Notes under the pieces: generated by a model | Seen by the model: only the letters and a program-made list of their open reading frames with translations | The model's database searches: none | Told to the model about the DNA's origin: nothing | Translations under genes and position numbers: made by a program | Shown here: positions 1 through 9,410 of the stretch, one piece after another | Position numbering within the stretch: the first letter of the stretch is position 1 | How the letters are laid out: each line of letters begins with the position of its first letter | Assembly (NCBI GenBank): GCA_004524445.1 | Contig: SDNP01000009.1 | Location: forward strand, 1 to 64,000 | DNA length: 64,000 nucleotides | DNA from: Candidatus Thorarchaeota archaeon | GTDB lineage: Archaea; Asgardarchaeota; Thorarchaeia; Thorarchaeales; Thorarchaeaceae | Direction of reading: 5' to 3'

Positions 1-99
1 AATGGTTGTCCACCCAAACTTTGCCTCTTTCCGCGCCTAAACGGCTGTACCTAAAAACCTGTTCATAACGTCTTGGATTTGCTCAACACATGACGTATT

Positions 100-1194
100 C
101 TACCAATATTTCTTGACAATACTGTGAACGGTTGATATAATCTCCTCGTTGCTGGCTGCTATCTCTTCGTCTTCTAGCCGGTCAATTTGGTCGTCCATTT
201 TCTCCATCTTCATCCCCGAAAGCCCCTCTATTGTAAGCCGAATAGATGGACCCAACAGCATGGGGTTATAGCCCCCTTCAAGCACACTGAAGCTGCCCAA
301 TGCATTCGTCCTGCTCGTGAGGTCATCAATGTATCTTCCAATCTTATAGTAGCTAGACGTATCAAGATTCATGTTGCCCACAGGGTCTGCATAATGTGTA
401 TCAAGTCCTAGTGAAACCGCTATCAAATCGGGAGAAAATACCTCTATCGCTGGAATCACTACTCGTTCAAACGCTCTTGAATAACTGGCATCAGAGGCTC
501 CCTCAAGCAGAGGAATATTCACATTCGTTCCTAGTCCCTCGCCATAGCCAATTTCGTCGTAGTGTCCCACTCCGAACATCTCATAGTCATATTCATGTAT
601 TCCAATGTACTGGACATGTGGGTCTGCATAGAAGATTTCTGAAGTTCCGTTTCCAAAGTGATCGTCAGTATCAATGATGCTCACCTTTTTCACATGTTCT
701 GATTGTTGTGCCTTTCTTATTGCTATAGCGATATTATTGAAGTAACAGAGTCCCGATGGAGTTGATTTGGATGCATGATGGCCTGGAGGGCGCATTATGG
801 ACAATGTGTGTTTGAATTTGTTGTTCACGACAAGCTCTGCTGCATATTCAGCTCCTCCTACAGCTAGCAAGGCACTATTGAGAAGCCCTGGGCTGGCGTA
901 AGCGGATTCCCCAAGAACACCGCTTCCTAGATCCGATAGCAATCTAACCGAATCCAATAGATAGGGTGAATGAACGGACAATATATCTTCGAATGATGCC
1001 TTAGGAGCCCGCTTATTGGTGAGTTTTTCCAAATATCCGACCTTCCGCAGATACTCAACAATCATTTGGGTGCGTATTGGTGCCTCAAATGACTCAAGAT
1101 GAGGTCGAGGAAAAGGTGGAATATGGTCCCCTGACTTTGGATGTGTGATGATTGCTAGTTCGTTGAATGCCACAATATCAATTCTCCTTCGCAT
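100..1194 (-). CDS. Histone deacetylase family Zn-dependent deacetylase
   Basis: RPPGHHA, GLCYFNN, DTDDHFGNG, GLD and LEGGY motifs intact; start overlaps cca stop (TAATG). Confidence 0.92.
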   Translation of the reverse strand: MRRRIDIVAFNELAIITHPKSGDHIPPFPRPHLESFEAPIRTQMIVEYLRKVGYLEKLTNKRAPKASFEDILSVHSPYLLDSVRLLSDLGSGVLGESAYASPGLLNSALLAVGGAEYAAELVVNNKFKHTLSIMRPPGHHASKSTPSGLCYFNNIAIAIRKAQQSEHVKKVSIIDTDDHFGNGTSEIFYADPHVQYIGIHEYDYEMFGVGHYDEIGYGEGLGTNVNIPLLEGASDASYSRAFERVVIPAIEVFSPDLIAVSLGLDTHYADPVGNMNLDTSSYYKIGRYIDDLTSRTNALGSFSVLEGGYNPMLLGPSIRLTIEGLSGMKMEKMDDQIDRLEDEEIAASNEEIISTVHSIVKKYW

Positions 1195-2663
1195 TATTCG
1201 TTGCTTTCTTCAGCATCATCAAGAGTGAAATTCGTTTCGATTTGTAGGATGTATTTATGCAGCACATTGAGGTTCTTTCTGGACACATCTCCTATCTCAG
1301 GCAATCGACGGAGCTCCTCTGGCATTTTTTCAGAGATACTCGAATCAATCAGATTGGACGCGTTTGTCCATTCTCTTTCCTCTATTGTCCAGACGTATCC
1401 ATCCTTCTCAATGATTCTGTCATGGCTTTCTTTGAAATTGCGAACCGCTTCCGAAAGATGGATGGGCGGTCCCCTTCGCTCATATTTCTTTGAGATATTT
1501 GGAGACTCAACCAGAAAGGCTATCGAGTAAATCGGCTCTTCAAAGTAGACCTCGAAGAGTGCTCTTCCAAACCTCTTCTCACCAGTCCTCTCTTTTTCGA
1601 GCAAGTACTGCAGCTTATTCCCCAGACTGTAAAGCTTGTCACGTAGAATGGTATAATGGACATTTTCATCAGATTTGAATTCAGAAACATGGGCGTGGTT
1701 TTCGATTCTTGATGGTGGAGCAGAAACAGGTATCGGCTTCTCAATCACTTGCTTGATTATGGCCGCGCTGTCCTCTTCTTTGATATCGCCTAATAGTTTC
1801 TCTATTCTCAAGTTGGTCCATTTCACCGTTCTTGAATCGAAACTGGATGCTGCATTCCTATTTGTGTCTGTAGGATCTATTATGATCAAGTGGTCGTCTT
1901 GAAATCCTTCTATCTTCATCAATTCCTCGAGTGTTCTATTTTCGGGATCTAGAGGCATATCTCTCAGGTTCAGAAATCTCACGATAGCTGGAATTAAGCC
2001 ACCCGAAAAAATTGACAATACTTCTATTGTGAATCCTGTTATCCCCATCCGACCTATCGCGCATTTGTCTCCGTATCCATACCCTGCTTTCACAAAGGAT
2101 TTGAATATTCTTACATCTTGACGCAGTTTATCATCCAGCTTCTGAGCCACATAGTTAGTATGATGTGGTGTTCTATCAACAGCAGTAATAGGACCACTTT
2201 CCATGATCTCTTGTCTGCTCAAGTCAAAACAGAATACAATATCAATATCCACACCATCAATCTCCCCTGTTAGATAGGGATGTTGAGAATACGCTTTTTG
2301 GATTTGCTCTGCAGAAACCTCCTCAAGAACAGGCTGAAACCAGGTATCTACAAGCCGATCTAAGGTTCTACCAAGCTTTCTATCGCGTTTATCCGAGTCA
2401 AGGGCAAGTGTTTCTTCGTAGTCTGAGGTATCTAAACCAACAAATAAGTCAATATCCGCATCATATCTCAGCTGAGTCTGCTTCTTACCTGTGGATCCTT
2501 GTGGCTCTATAAAGGCATAATTGACATCAAGAATGTCTGCCCGGTTTCTCAGTAGGCGACATAATTGCTCTATAATCCTTTTTTGAAGTTCGATTTCTTT
2601 TTTGGTTGGCACTAGGAGGTCAAGCATTTTCTCTCTGATTCCGGGTGCAATCTCTAATGCCAT
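1194..2663 (-). CDS. cca: Archaeal class I CCA-adding enzyme (ORF open to 2750; ATG at 2663 more likely)
   Basis: GS..K.TQLR.DADIDLF nucleotidyltransferase motif, YSQHPY, TAVDRTPHHT, IDPTDTNRNAAS, C-terminal RGPP. Confidence 0.88.
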   Translation of the reverse strand: MALEIAPGIREKMLDLLVPTKKEIELQKRIIEQLCRLLRNRADILDVNYAFIEPQGSTGKKQTQLRYDADIDLFVGLDTSDYEETLALDSDKRDRKLGRTLDRLVDTWFQPVLEEVSAEQIQKAYSQHPYLTGEIDGVDIDIVFCFDLSRQEIMESGPITAVDRTPHHTNYVAQKLDDKLRQDVRIFKSFVKAGYGYGDKCAIGRMGITGFTIEVLSIFSGGLIPAIVRFLNLRDMPLDPENRTLEELMKIEGFQDDHLIIIDPTDTNRNAASSFDSRTVKWTNLRIEKLLGDIKEEDSAAIIKQVIEKPIPVSAPPSRIENHAHVSEFKSDENVHYTILRDKLYSLGNKLQYLLEKERTGEKRFGRALFEVYFEEPIYSIAFLVESPNISKKYERRGPPIHLSEAVRNFKESHDRIIEKDGYVWTIEEREWTNASNLIDSSISEKMPEELRRLPEIGDVSRKNLNVLHKYILQIETNFTLDDAEESNE

Positions 2664-2816
2664 ATTCCGACTGTCCTGATTTCTTGAATGAATCTGATGA
2701 ATTTCTAAGTAAGGATGGAATGGATTGAAGTTTTCTACACCTAAATCCATTCATCTTAATATGTAGACTTCCCATACAAAGATGCATAATTATGAACTTG
2801 AATTCACCTAAGGAGA

Positions 2817-3323
2817 TTGCTATTATTGACACAAATAACTCCTATTGCCATCACAATTCTGCAACATCCTGAAGGATTTCTATTCATCAAAAGAAGAAAA
2901 GCTCCTTATGAGGGCTTGTGGGCACTTGTGGGTGGAAAAATTGCGATGGGCGAGCATATACCTTCTGCTGCGGAAAGAGAAGTCATGGAAGAAACATCCT
3001 CACAATCCCTTACGGATTATAGATTGCATGCCATTGTATCGGAGAGGTTGATTGATACCTACGGCTTGTTGAGCGGGCATTTCCTCATGTTTCTCGGAAG
3101 TGCAAAAATTCTTGATTTCAAGGATTCAAATAGGGAGGGTGATTTGGCCGTATTTACAATGGATGCAGTACGAGAGAACTCAGCCGCGTTTCTCCCCTCC
3201 GATCTAGAAATGTTTCAGCGGTTTGTATCACATGAAGACAAGGCGATTGAATATCACGAAGCAGAGCTAGTCTACACTGGCGGAGGTTATGACCTGAACT
3301 ACTACAGAGATGATATTCTGTGA
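2817..3323 (+). CDS. NUDIX hydrolase
   Basis: WALVGGKIAMGE...AAEREVMEET Nudix box. Confidence 0.88.
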   Translation: MLLLTQITPIAITILQHPEGFLFIKRRKAPYEGLWALVGGKIAMGEHIPSAAEREVMEETSSQSLTDYRLHAIVSERLIDTYGLLSGHFLMFLGSAKILDFKDSNREGDLAVFTMDAVRENSAAFLPSDLEMFQRFVSHEDKAIEYHEAELVYTGGGYDLNYYRDDIL

Positions 3324-4330
3324 AAATCGGTTCAATTGAAGTTACGCCAGTTGCTGCAGAGAGCATGGGCGTGCGCTCACTCAGTACCTTCATCAAAACT
3401 CCGGATGTTTCTATACTGCTCGATCCCTCCGCCGCTTTAGCAATGCGAATGTCGTTGGAACCTCATCCACAGGAGTATATTGCACTCTATCAAGCCCTAA
3501 TCGAGATCCTTGAATATTCTGAGAGGGCTGATATCATCACGATATCCCATTATCATTATGATCATGTCCGCCCATCTTTGGAAAACTATAGATACAATTT
3601 CAGTAGTCCGGAGAACTTCCAAGCAACGTTTCGTGACAAACGAATTATCGCCAAAGACAACCGCGATAACATCAACCCCTCTCAGAGACGGCGAGGGTAT
3701 TATTTCGAAAAGGATGTGGGAGATATTGCTAAGAGCATTTCTTGGGCTGACGGTGAAACCCACCAAATTGGTGACACAACGATAAGATTTACTGAAGCGA
3801 TTCCGCATGGGCCGGAAGGAATATTTCTTGGCTTCGTTATTTCTACTCTCATAGAATACGATGGTCAAAAGGTTCTCTTTGCTCCTGATGTACAAGGCCC
3901 GGTTTCTCGAAACACGCTTTCACTTTTCCTTTCACTAGCACCTGATTTTCTTCTAGTAGGCGGCCCTCCAATCTACATCAACAAATTCTCCAAGAAGGAT
4001 AGAAGAAACGCGTTATTTTCGGCCACTACGCTTGCAACATCCACCAATGTGATGGTAATTGATCATCATCTGCAGAGATCAAAAGAGTGGGAGAAATGGT
4101 TGGCACCAGTGATGAGAGCAGCTAGGGCGGCAGAAAACCGGGTTCTCACAGCTGCCGAGGTCAGAGGACAGGACAATCGATGTCTGGAAGCCCAAAGAAT
4201 CCAGCTCTATGAAATCGACCCCCCCTCTATGGATTTCATTGCATGGACAGATGCGACAGAGAAGTATAAGATGACTGAACCGCCCCCCATTCCTGAAATC
4301 GACTACTCTAAACTTGGTGGTACATCGTAG
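3320..4330 (+). CDS. UPF0282-type metallo-beta-lactamase-fold hydrolase
   Basis: AAESMGVRS, ISHYHYDH, PHGPEG..LG, DVQGP, IDHHL motifs. Confidence 0.85.
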   Translation: MKIGSIEVTPVAAESMGVRSLSTFIKTPDVSILLDPSAALAMRMSLEPHPQEYIALYQALIEILEYSERADIITISHYHYDHVRPSLENYRYNFSSPENFQATFRDKRIIAKDNRDNINPSQRRRGYYFEKDVGDIAKSISWADGETHQIGDTTIRFTEAIPHGPEGIFLGFVISTLIEYDGQKVLFAPDVQGPVSRNTLSLFLSLAPDFLLVGGPPIYINKFSKKDRRNALFSATTLATSTNVMVIDHHLQRSKEWEKWLAPVMRAARAAENRVLTAAEVRGQDNRCLEAQRIQLYEIDPPSMDFIAWTDATEKYKMTEPPPIPEIDYSKLGGTS

Positions 4331-4363
4331 CTTAGTTTTTACTAAGTAGTTACGAACCTGTAA

Positions 4364-4645
4364 TTGACAATGAACACTCCGCATGACGTAATCGAACGCA
4401 GGATTGACACCAGTCAGACCAAATATCTGTTGGGAGAACTTGGCATCCAGACTCTTGCCCTTATAAACGAGGGCTGCAGTTCTGACGATGAACTCAAGTT
4501 TCTGAGCACTATCTCCCAGTCATGTCTAGACGTAAAGATACCGTTACTCTCTACATTAGGTTTGATTGAGAGGAGTGAGAGCGGATATGTTGTCGTTGAA
4601 CGTGGAAAGAACTTCTTGAGTGAGGTCAGAGGATGGCAGGCATAA
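4364..4645 (+). CDS. Small winged-helix protein
   Basis: L.TLGLIER...Y.V.ERG wing pattern; first gene of a 3-gene cluster. Confidence 0.6.
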   Translation: MTMNTPHDVIERRIDTSQTKYLLGELGIQTLALINEGCSSDDELKFLSTISQSCLDVKIPLLSTLGLIERSESGYVVVERGKNFLSEVRGWQA

Positions 4646-5070
4646 GGCGCCTAACGAAGGGTACTATCTCCGAAATAGACGAAGGCTCCATATCTATCTC
4701 AGACCATATGAAAGAATTAAAAATCGAGAAAGGAACCCGGATGTTACTCATAAGTTCAAAGAGCAACTTCATCCGCGTCATACCTATAGGAGAAGGAATT
4801 CCTTCTCTTCTTAGGGTTTCCTTAAGTTTGAATCTCTTTGCGAAATCAGCGAAAGTTTTGTACACTCATATAAAAGACGAGGGTCTGAATATTATCCATT
4901 CAACAGGATTTTGTCCATTGGAGGAATATTGCGTTTGGGAGGGATATTTCCTCCTTAGCAGTTCAGATGAGCTATCTCACCTGATTGATTGGTTTAACAA
5001 ACAAGAGGGTGTTCTAAATACTGAAGTAGAATCACTCCAAGAACAGCCTGATGAGTCCCTAAAATGGTGA
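4633..5070 (+). CDS. Hypothetical protein, AbrB-like N-terminus plus ACT-like domain
   Basis: ID.GSISI....KELKIEKG pattern, then GLNIIHSTGFC...CVWEGYF. Confidence 0.5.
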   Translation: MAGIRRLTKGTISEIDEGSISISDHMKELKIEKGTRMLLISSKSNFIRVIPIGEGIPSLLRVSLSLNLFAKSAKVLYTHIKDEGLNIIHSTGFCPLEEYCVWEGYFLLSSSDELSHLIDWFNKQEGVLNTEVESLQEQPDESLKW

Positions 5071-5077
5071 AATAGAA

Positions 5078-5620
5078 ATGGTAGAGAGTGAATCGGACTC
5101 CACTAGGTCGCTGCTCAAGCGATTCAAGCGTGCAGCGAAAGAGGCTGAGGACTCTCTGTTAACCGAAGAATTTCAAAAGGCTATGGCGCTCTATTATGAT
5201 GCAAGCCAAACCGCCGATGAAATGACTGAACGGTTTCTCACTCTTTTGGTCAAGACCTCGCCTAGCAACGCGTATAGAACCGTACTTGTTGAGTTGCTTA
5301 GCTGGCGCTTACGTTATTACACTGCGCAATATGATTATCACCTCGCCGTGGCGCAGACGCTCTCTGGTTTACCTCGAGAAGAATGGGTCGCCCGCGTTGA
5401 AACAATACTAGTACTTTCCCAAAGCCTTGTCGGAAAACTAATCCCAATAATGAGAGAAACAGAAGAGCCCAGCCTATACAACAGAATTCAAAGCTTGCTG
5501 AATGATTGGGTAAGAGGGATTCGAAATTTGGTCAACAATCTTCAAAGCTGGGAGATGGCTAGTGCACAAGCTGCCCAAGTTTTGGAATGGGCTCTCGATA
5601 ATGAATTAGAGGCTGAATAG
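5078..5620 (+). CDS. All-helical hypothetical protein (possible MIT-like N-terminus)
   Basis: 180-aa ORF 7 nt after previous gene; A..A.......F.KAMALYYDA pattern. Confidence 0.6.
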   Translation: MVESESDSTRSLLKRFKRAAKEAEDSLLTEEFQKAMALYYDASQTADEMTERFLTLLVKTSPSNAYRTVLVELLSWRLRYYTAQYDYHLAVAQTLSGLPREEWVARVETILVLSQSLVGKLIPIMRETEEPSLYNRIQSLLNDWVRGIRNLVNNLQSWEMASAQAAQVLEWALDNELEAE

Positions 5621-5656
5621 AGTTGAGGAAAAATCCCGGCAGACTTTAGAATGAGT

Positions 5657-5881
5657 TTATCCTTTGGAATGAGCATCAACAGCAGCCACAGCAACTTCCG
5701 TGTCTGCTAATTGGTAGTGACTGTCAACATAACAAATCAGATAATGATCTTTGTGCTTGATTACTATGGGGGCGGGAAATCGCTTAACTTCCTTTAGTTG
5801 CTTAACTGGCAACTTAAAGTAGATAGTCTCCTTGGTTATCGGGTCCTGAAGCCATTTCAGCTCATCAGCCATGAATACCAC
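5657..5881 (-). CDS. Small hypothetical protein, Asgard-type beta-rich domain
   Basis: GGTGG SD-like tract before ATG GCT GAT; H.LICYVD.HY pattern. Confidence 0.55.
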   Translation of the reverse strand: MVFMADELKWLQDPITKETIYFKLPVKQLKEVKRFPAPIVIKHKDHYLICYVDSHYQLADTEVAVAAVDAHSKG

Positions 5882-6059
5882 CTAATCTAAGCCGCTTGTA
5901 CAAGTTGTCAGTGAATGCAATCGCACTAAAAACGTTTTCCAGTGGGAATATGAACACCAATCCTCGACCACGTCTGTTGATAAGATGTTATTGAGGTCGG
6001 CTGATTGTTTAATCTATCTATCGCTTAAAGAGAAGAATCTAGGTGACTTATGACCCTCT

Positions 6060-6917
6060 CTAATCCTCCAAATCGATATCCCATGCACCAGGATCATCAA
6101 GGTCTCTACTTAGAATTGGCCCTTTCCTTCTTGTCAGGTCAGTGATGTCAATTCTGTCTGGGTCGACAACGATTTCGAGTGAAGTATGGTCTATGTATGC
6201 TGGAATGTATCCTTTTCTTATGCCTCTCTCAACCAGCGTCTGAATCCGATCCAGTGACATACCTGTACTCTCTGATAGGCTCGAGAGAGACAGCACAGTT
6301 TCGGATTCTAATGATGATCTTACAAAACCTACAAGTGCAAAGAAGAAGACCTCCTTGACTCGATCCATTTGCTTTCTATCCAAGACGCGCGCTAATGCTG
6401 CTCGAATGTACATATCCGCATCGCCAAAATGGTACTCAGTCAGCATCAGAGCGAGATTAATGAGTTCTTTTGAGGAACCACGAGCTCCCGCCGCTCCAGC
6501 ATGCAACAGGTGTCTTGCAAAATCGAGGTCTCCGCCCAATATTGCGCAAAATGCACCATAAATCAAATGTATTGGCTTCTTGCTCTTCTCAGCAGCATAG
6601 ACATACGCTTCTGACGCGATTTGATTATCAATCTCGAATTTATCATGTTCGCCCTGTGCCATCCATGCATTGGACGCTTGTACCATCAAATCCGATGCTC
6701 TGGTATACTGATGGCATAGCATTGCGTGTTCGTATGCCCGTTCAAAAGCTTCAGCAGCTCTGGAGAAGAATTCCCAGCGAAGCCAACATTCAGCTGCTGC
6801 GCTGAAGAGATCGGTTGCTTCATCATTGCAACCTTCTCTAGCTTTTTCCTCTGCGGTGTCAGTCTTTTCTTGACAGTCAGAAGTTTGCGTCCTAGAAACC
6901 TCCTCATCACTAGTCAG
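6060..6917 (-). CDS. Helical-repeat (TPR/SNAP-like) plus C-terminal PCI winged-helix protein; probable CTG start
   Basis: Frame of ORF 6060..6722 stays open upstream (TSDEEVSRTQ...EATDLFSAAAECWLRWEFFSRAAEAFERAYEHAM) until a TAG about 15 nt above CTG 6917; PCI-like LSLSSLSESTGMSLDRIQTLVERGIRKGYIPAYID. Confidence 0.72.
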   Translation of the reverse strand: MTSDEEVSRTQTSDCQEKTDTAEEKAREGCNDEATDLFSAAAECWLRWEFFSRAAEAFERAYEHAMLCHQYTRASDLMVQASNAWMAQGEHDKFEIDNQIASEAYVYAAEKSKKPIHLIYGAFCAILGGDLDFARHLLHAGAAGARGSSKELINLALMLTEYHFGDADMYIRAALARVLDRKQMDRVKEVFFFALVGFVRSSLESETVLSLSSLSESTGMSLDRIQTLVERGIRKGYIPAYIDHTSLEIVVDPDRIDITDLTRRKGPILSRDLDDPGAWDIDLED

Positions 6918-6987
6918 GAGGCAAATGGTCTAAAGCTTTGTGACTTATTCACTCTGTACATATGATAGTACTCTCGGGTACGCCATT

Positions 6988-7680
6988 CTACCCTTGACGA
7001 ATCACACCGTCTTTCATTCTCAGAGTCTTTTTTGCGAACTTCGTCAGGCTCTCATCATGGGTGACTAGAACTACTGTCATTCCTTTCTCCTTATTCAGTC
7101 TGGCAATTATCTTCATGATATTCTCGCCAGTCTTTGAGTCGAGATTGCCAGTTGGTTCATCGCAGAATAGGATTGGCGGGCTATTAACCAGAGCTCGGGC
7201 AATTGCAACTCTCTGCTGTTCTCCACCACTCAGCTGCAGTGGTCTATGGTCTCTTCTCTCCAGCATATCTACCTCTCGGAGAACCTTTAGCGTCATAGAC
7301 TCCTGTTTCTGCTTTGAGAGCTCTTCGATTGGCCACAATACTGCTTCAACGTTCTCGTATGACGTCAGGTCTTCAATCAACAGAAATGACTGAAACACGA
7401 ACCCAATTTTCTGGGCTCGTACCTTGGGAAGGTCTCGCTCGCTAATGAGCGTTACATCGACTCCATCAAGGAGAATTCTCCCACTAGTGGGCTGCTCGAG
7501 GCCGGCCATGACATGTAATAGCGTACTCTTGCCACACCCTGAAACACCGACAACAGCTACGAAGTCTCCTGCTTGAATCTCAAGGTCGACATCCTTCAGG
7601 GCCGCAACAGTATTCTTTCCACTGCCATATTCCTTGTTGACATTTTCGAGCCTGATTATTGGATTTGTCATTCTATTCAT
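6988..7680 (-). CDS. ABC ATPase, LolD/MacB/FtsE family
   Basis: GVSGCGKST, IGFVFQSF, LSGGEQQRVAIARAL, DEPTGNLD, VTHD. Confidence 0.95.
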   Translation of the reverse strand: MNRMTNPIIRLENVNKEYGSGKNTVAALKDVDLEIQAGDFVAVVGVSGCGKSTLLHVMAGLEQPTSGRILLDGVDVTLISERDLPKVRAQKIGFVFQSFLLIEDLTSYENVEAVLWPIEELSKQKQESMTLKVLREVDMLERRDHRPLQLSGGEQQRVAIARALVNSPPILFCDEPTGNLDSKTGENIMKIIARLNKEKGMTVVLVTHDESLTKFAKKTLRMKDGVIRQG

Positions 7681-8237
7681 TCCTCCCTCAGAGCCTGCAT
7701 AGGCGGAATTCTCATGGCTCTCAGTTGAGCCAAAACTAGCCCTGGAATCTGCAACACTACAATGTAGAAGAGAGTAACTCCCATGGCACCTGCCTCAACA
7801 GAAACCAGTTCCTTGAGTTGCTCTAAGAAAGATGAGCCAACTGCTCCAAAATAGGCTGCAAGGCCAAGTATTTCCACACTCACTTGGAAGACGACCAAGA
7901 ATGCAGACACTGATACTAGTACCACCTCACCGACCAGTAATAGCAAGACCTCCGCGTTGCTCCATGATACACATTTCAAAATGGCAATATCTCGACGACG
8001 AAATTGTGCTATTAGAATGGCATAAGCTGTTGCAACAATGAATGCCATTACAATGCTTGGGATCCCAAGAATCGGAACCGTCAGACCCTTTGCAACCCAA
8101 ACGAACAGTATGGCATACACTACAATAAAGAAGAAGACTCGCTTTTTGGCGCGGAAAGCGAATTTCATGCTCTTTAACAAGATTCTCCAATTCAAGTTTT
8201 CTACCTCCAGCGTGACTATAATGCAGAAAGTCTGCAT
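7677..8237 (-). CDS. Minimal FtsX/MacB-type ABC permease (about 4 TM; real start likely TTG of LNWRIL after GGAGG)
   Basis: RRRDIAILKCVSWS and AMRIPPMQALREE type VII ABC signatures; ATGA overlap with ATPase. Confidence 0.8.
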   Translation of the reverse strand: MQTFCIIVTLEVENLNWRILLKSMKFAFRAKKRVFFFIVVYAILFVWVAKGLTVPILGIPSIVMAFIVATAYAILIAQFRRRDIAILKCVSWSNAEVLLLLVGEVVLVSVSAFLVVFQVSVEILGLAAYFGAVGSSFLEQLKELVSVEAGAMGVTLFYIVVLQIPGLVLAQLRAMRIPPMQALREE

Positions 8238-8274
8238 TCTTAATTGTCTTTCGTATATCTAGCCTACGATGAAA

Positions 8275-8478
8275 TCAAGCATCTGAGGGCTCGCTTGCCG
8301 TTTCAGTACTCGGAGCAAGCTTAACAGGCATCCCCTCATTATTCCATAACTCCTTCATAAGAAGATCCCTGATAGCGACACGTATCGCCTCGCTTCTCGA
8401 TGGATACATTCCCGCCTCAACTAGTCTATCCAATCCATTGACGTAGATGTCGCTCATCTTGACTGTAATCAGTTCCAC
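8275..8478 (-). CDS. Ribbon-helix-helix regulator, CdrS/CopG-like (GTG start 8478; ORF open to 8559)
   Basis: ELITVKM.......LD.LVE.G.YPSRSEAIR.AIRDLL; GGGAGG upstream of GTG. Confidence 0.85.
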   Translation of the reverse strand: MELITVKMSDIYVNGLDRLVEAGMYPSRSEAIRVAIRDLLMKELWNNEGMPVKLAPSTETASEPSDA

Positions 8479-8731
8479 ATGAAGGCCTCCCGGCAGTAGG
8501 TTCCTTTTTGGGCTAAGGATATAATTTCTTCGCGTATACACCGTTGGGCTACTACCCATGGCGCCACCCGGTTTATATCTCTCAAGAATGCTAGGGTATT
8601 CAACCCGATAAAGGCTAAATATACATCATCAGAGATAACACATGATATGGTAGTGCTCTCACCCAAAGCCATCTGATGAATGAAAAACACTCATAATGGG
8701 TACATGATACAGGTGGGGATCACTAACGTGA

Positions 8732-9340
8732 ATGGGGCTAGTGGATTGCATATCATGGCCCGCTGGAAAAACAGCGAAAACAGAAAAAAAGATGGAGGAT
8801 CGAGTTATTAGCCAATCATTTGATTTCATGCGGAAGGTTTGCATGATAGGTGCAGGTGGTTGCGGGAAAACCGCCCTCGTCAATCGTTTTCTTACACAGA
8901 AATTCACAAAACAGTATATCGTAACAATTGGGTCTCAGTTTGCCGTGAAGACAGTAGATGTTCCGAGAAACAATGGGCACTCAGTGACGGTTAAACTTCT
9001 CGTATGGGATCTGGCCGGCCAGAAGCGGTTTGATTTTATCCGTGGCAGCTACTACAAAGGTTCCAAGGGTGCTCTCTTGGTGTACGATGTAACTCGAAAG
9101 AGTACGTTTCGGGAATTGCCTAATTGGATTGCGGAAACTGAGAAGGCATTAGGTCACCGAATTCCCATAGTTCTTCTAGCAAACAAAGTAGATTTGGCAG
9201 AATCCCGTCTTATTTCTCCTGATATGGGCAGGCACTTCGCTGAGGAGAACAATCTTAGCGCTTATCTGGAAACGAGTGCACTCACGGGTCAGAACGTAGA
9301 AAATGCATTTGAAATTCTGGCGAAGAACACACTCACTTAG
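8732..9340 (+). CDS. Rab-like small GTPase
   Basis: GAGGCGKT, YIVTIG, WDLAGQKRF, YYKGSKG, NKVD, ETSAL; no C-terminal prenylation Cys. Confidence 0.93.
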   Translation: MGLVDCISWPAGKTAKTEKKMEDRVISQSFDFMRKVCMIGAGGCGKTALVNRFLTQKFTKQYIVTIGSQFAVKTVDVPRNNGHSVTVKLLVWDLAGQKRFDFIRGSYYKGSKGALLVYDVTRKSTFRELPNWIAETEKALGHRIPIVLLANKVDLAESRLISPDMGRHFAEENNLSAYLETSALTGQNVENAFEILAKNTLT

Positions 9341-9410
9341 CGCTTTCGTGCAGTCCAAAAAGCAATATACTCCTTCTTCACCAGACCTCACAAGATAACA
9401 TGCCTTAGAT

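Noticed and set aside
6686-6910. Separate 74-aa ORF or frameshift with 6060..6722
   Set aside because: The main frame is itself open across this region with continuous helical-repeat character; no frameshift is needed
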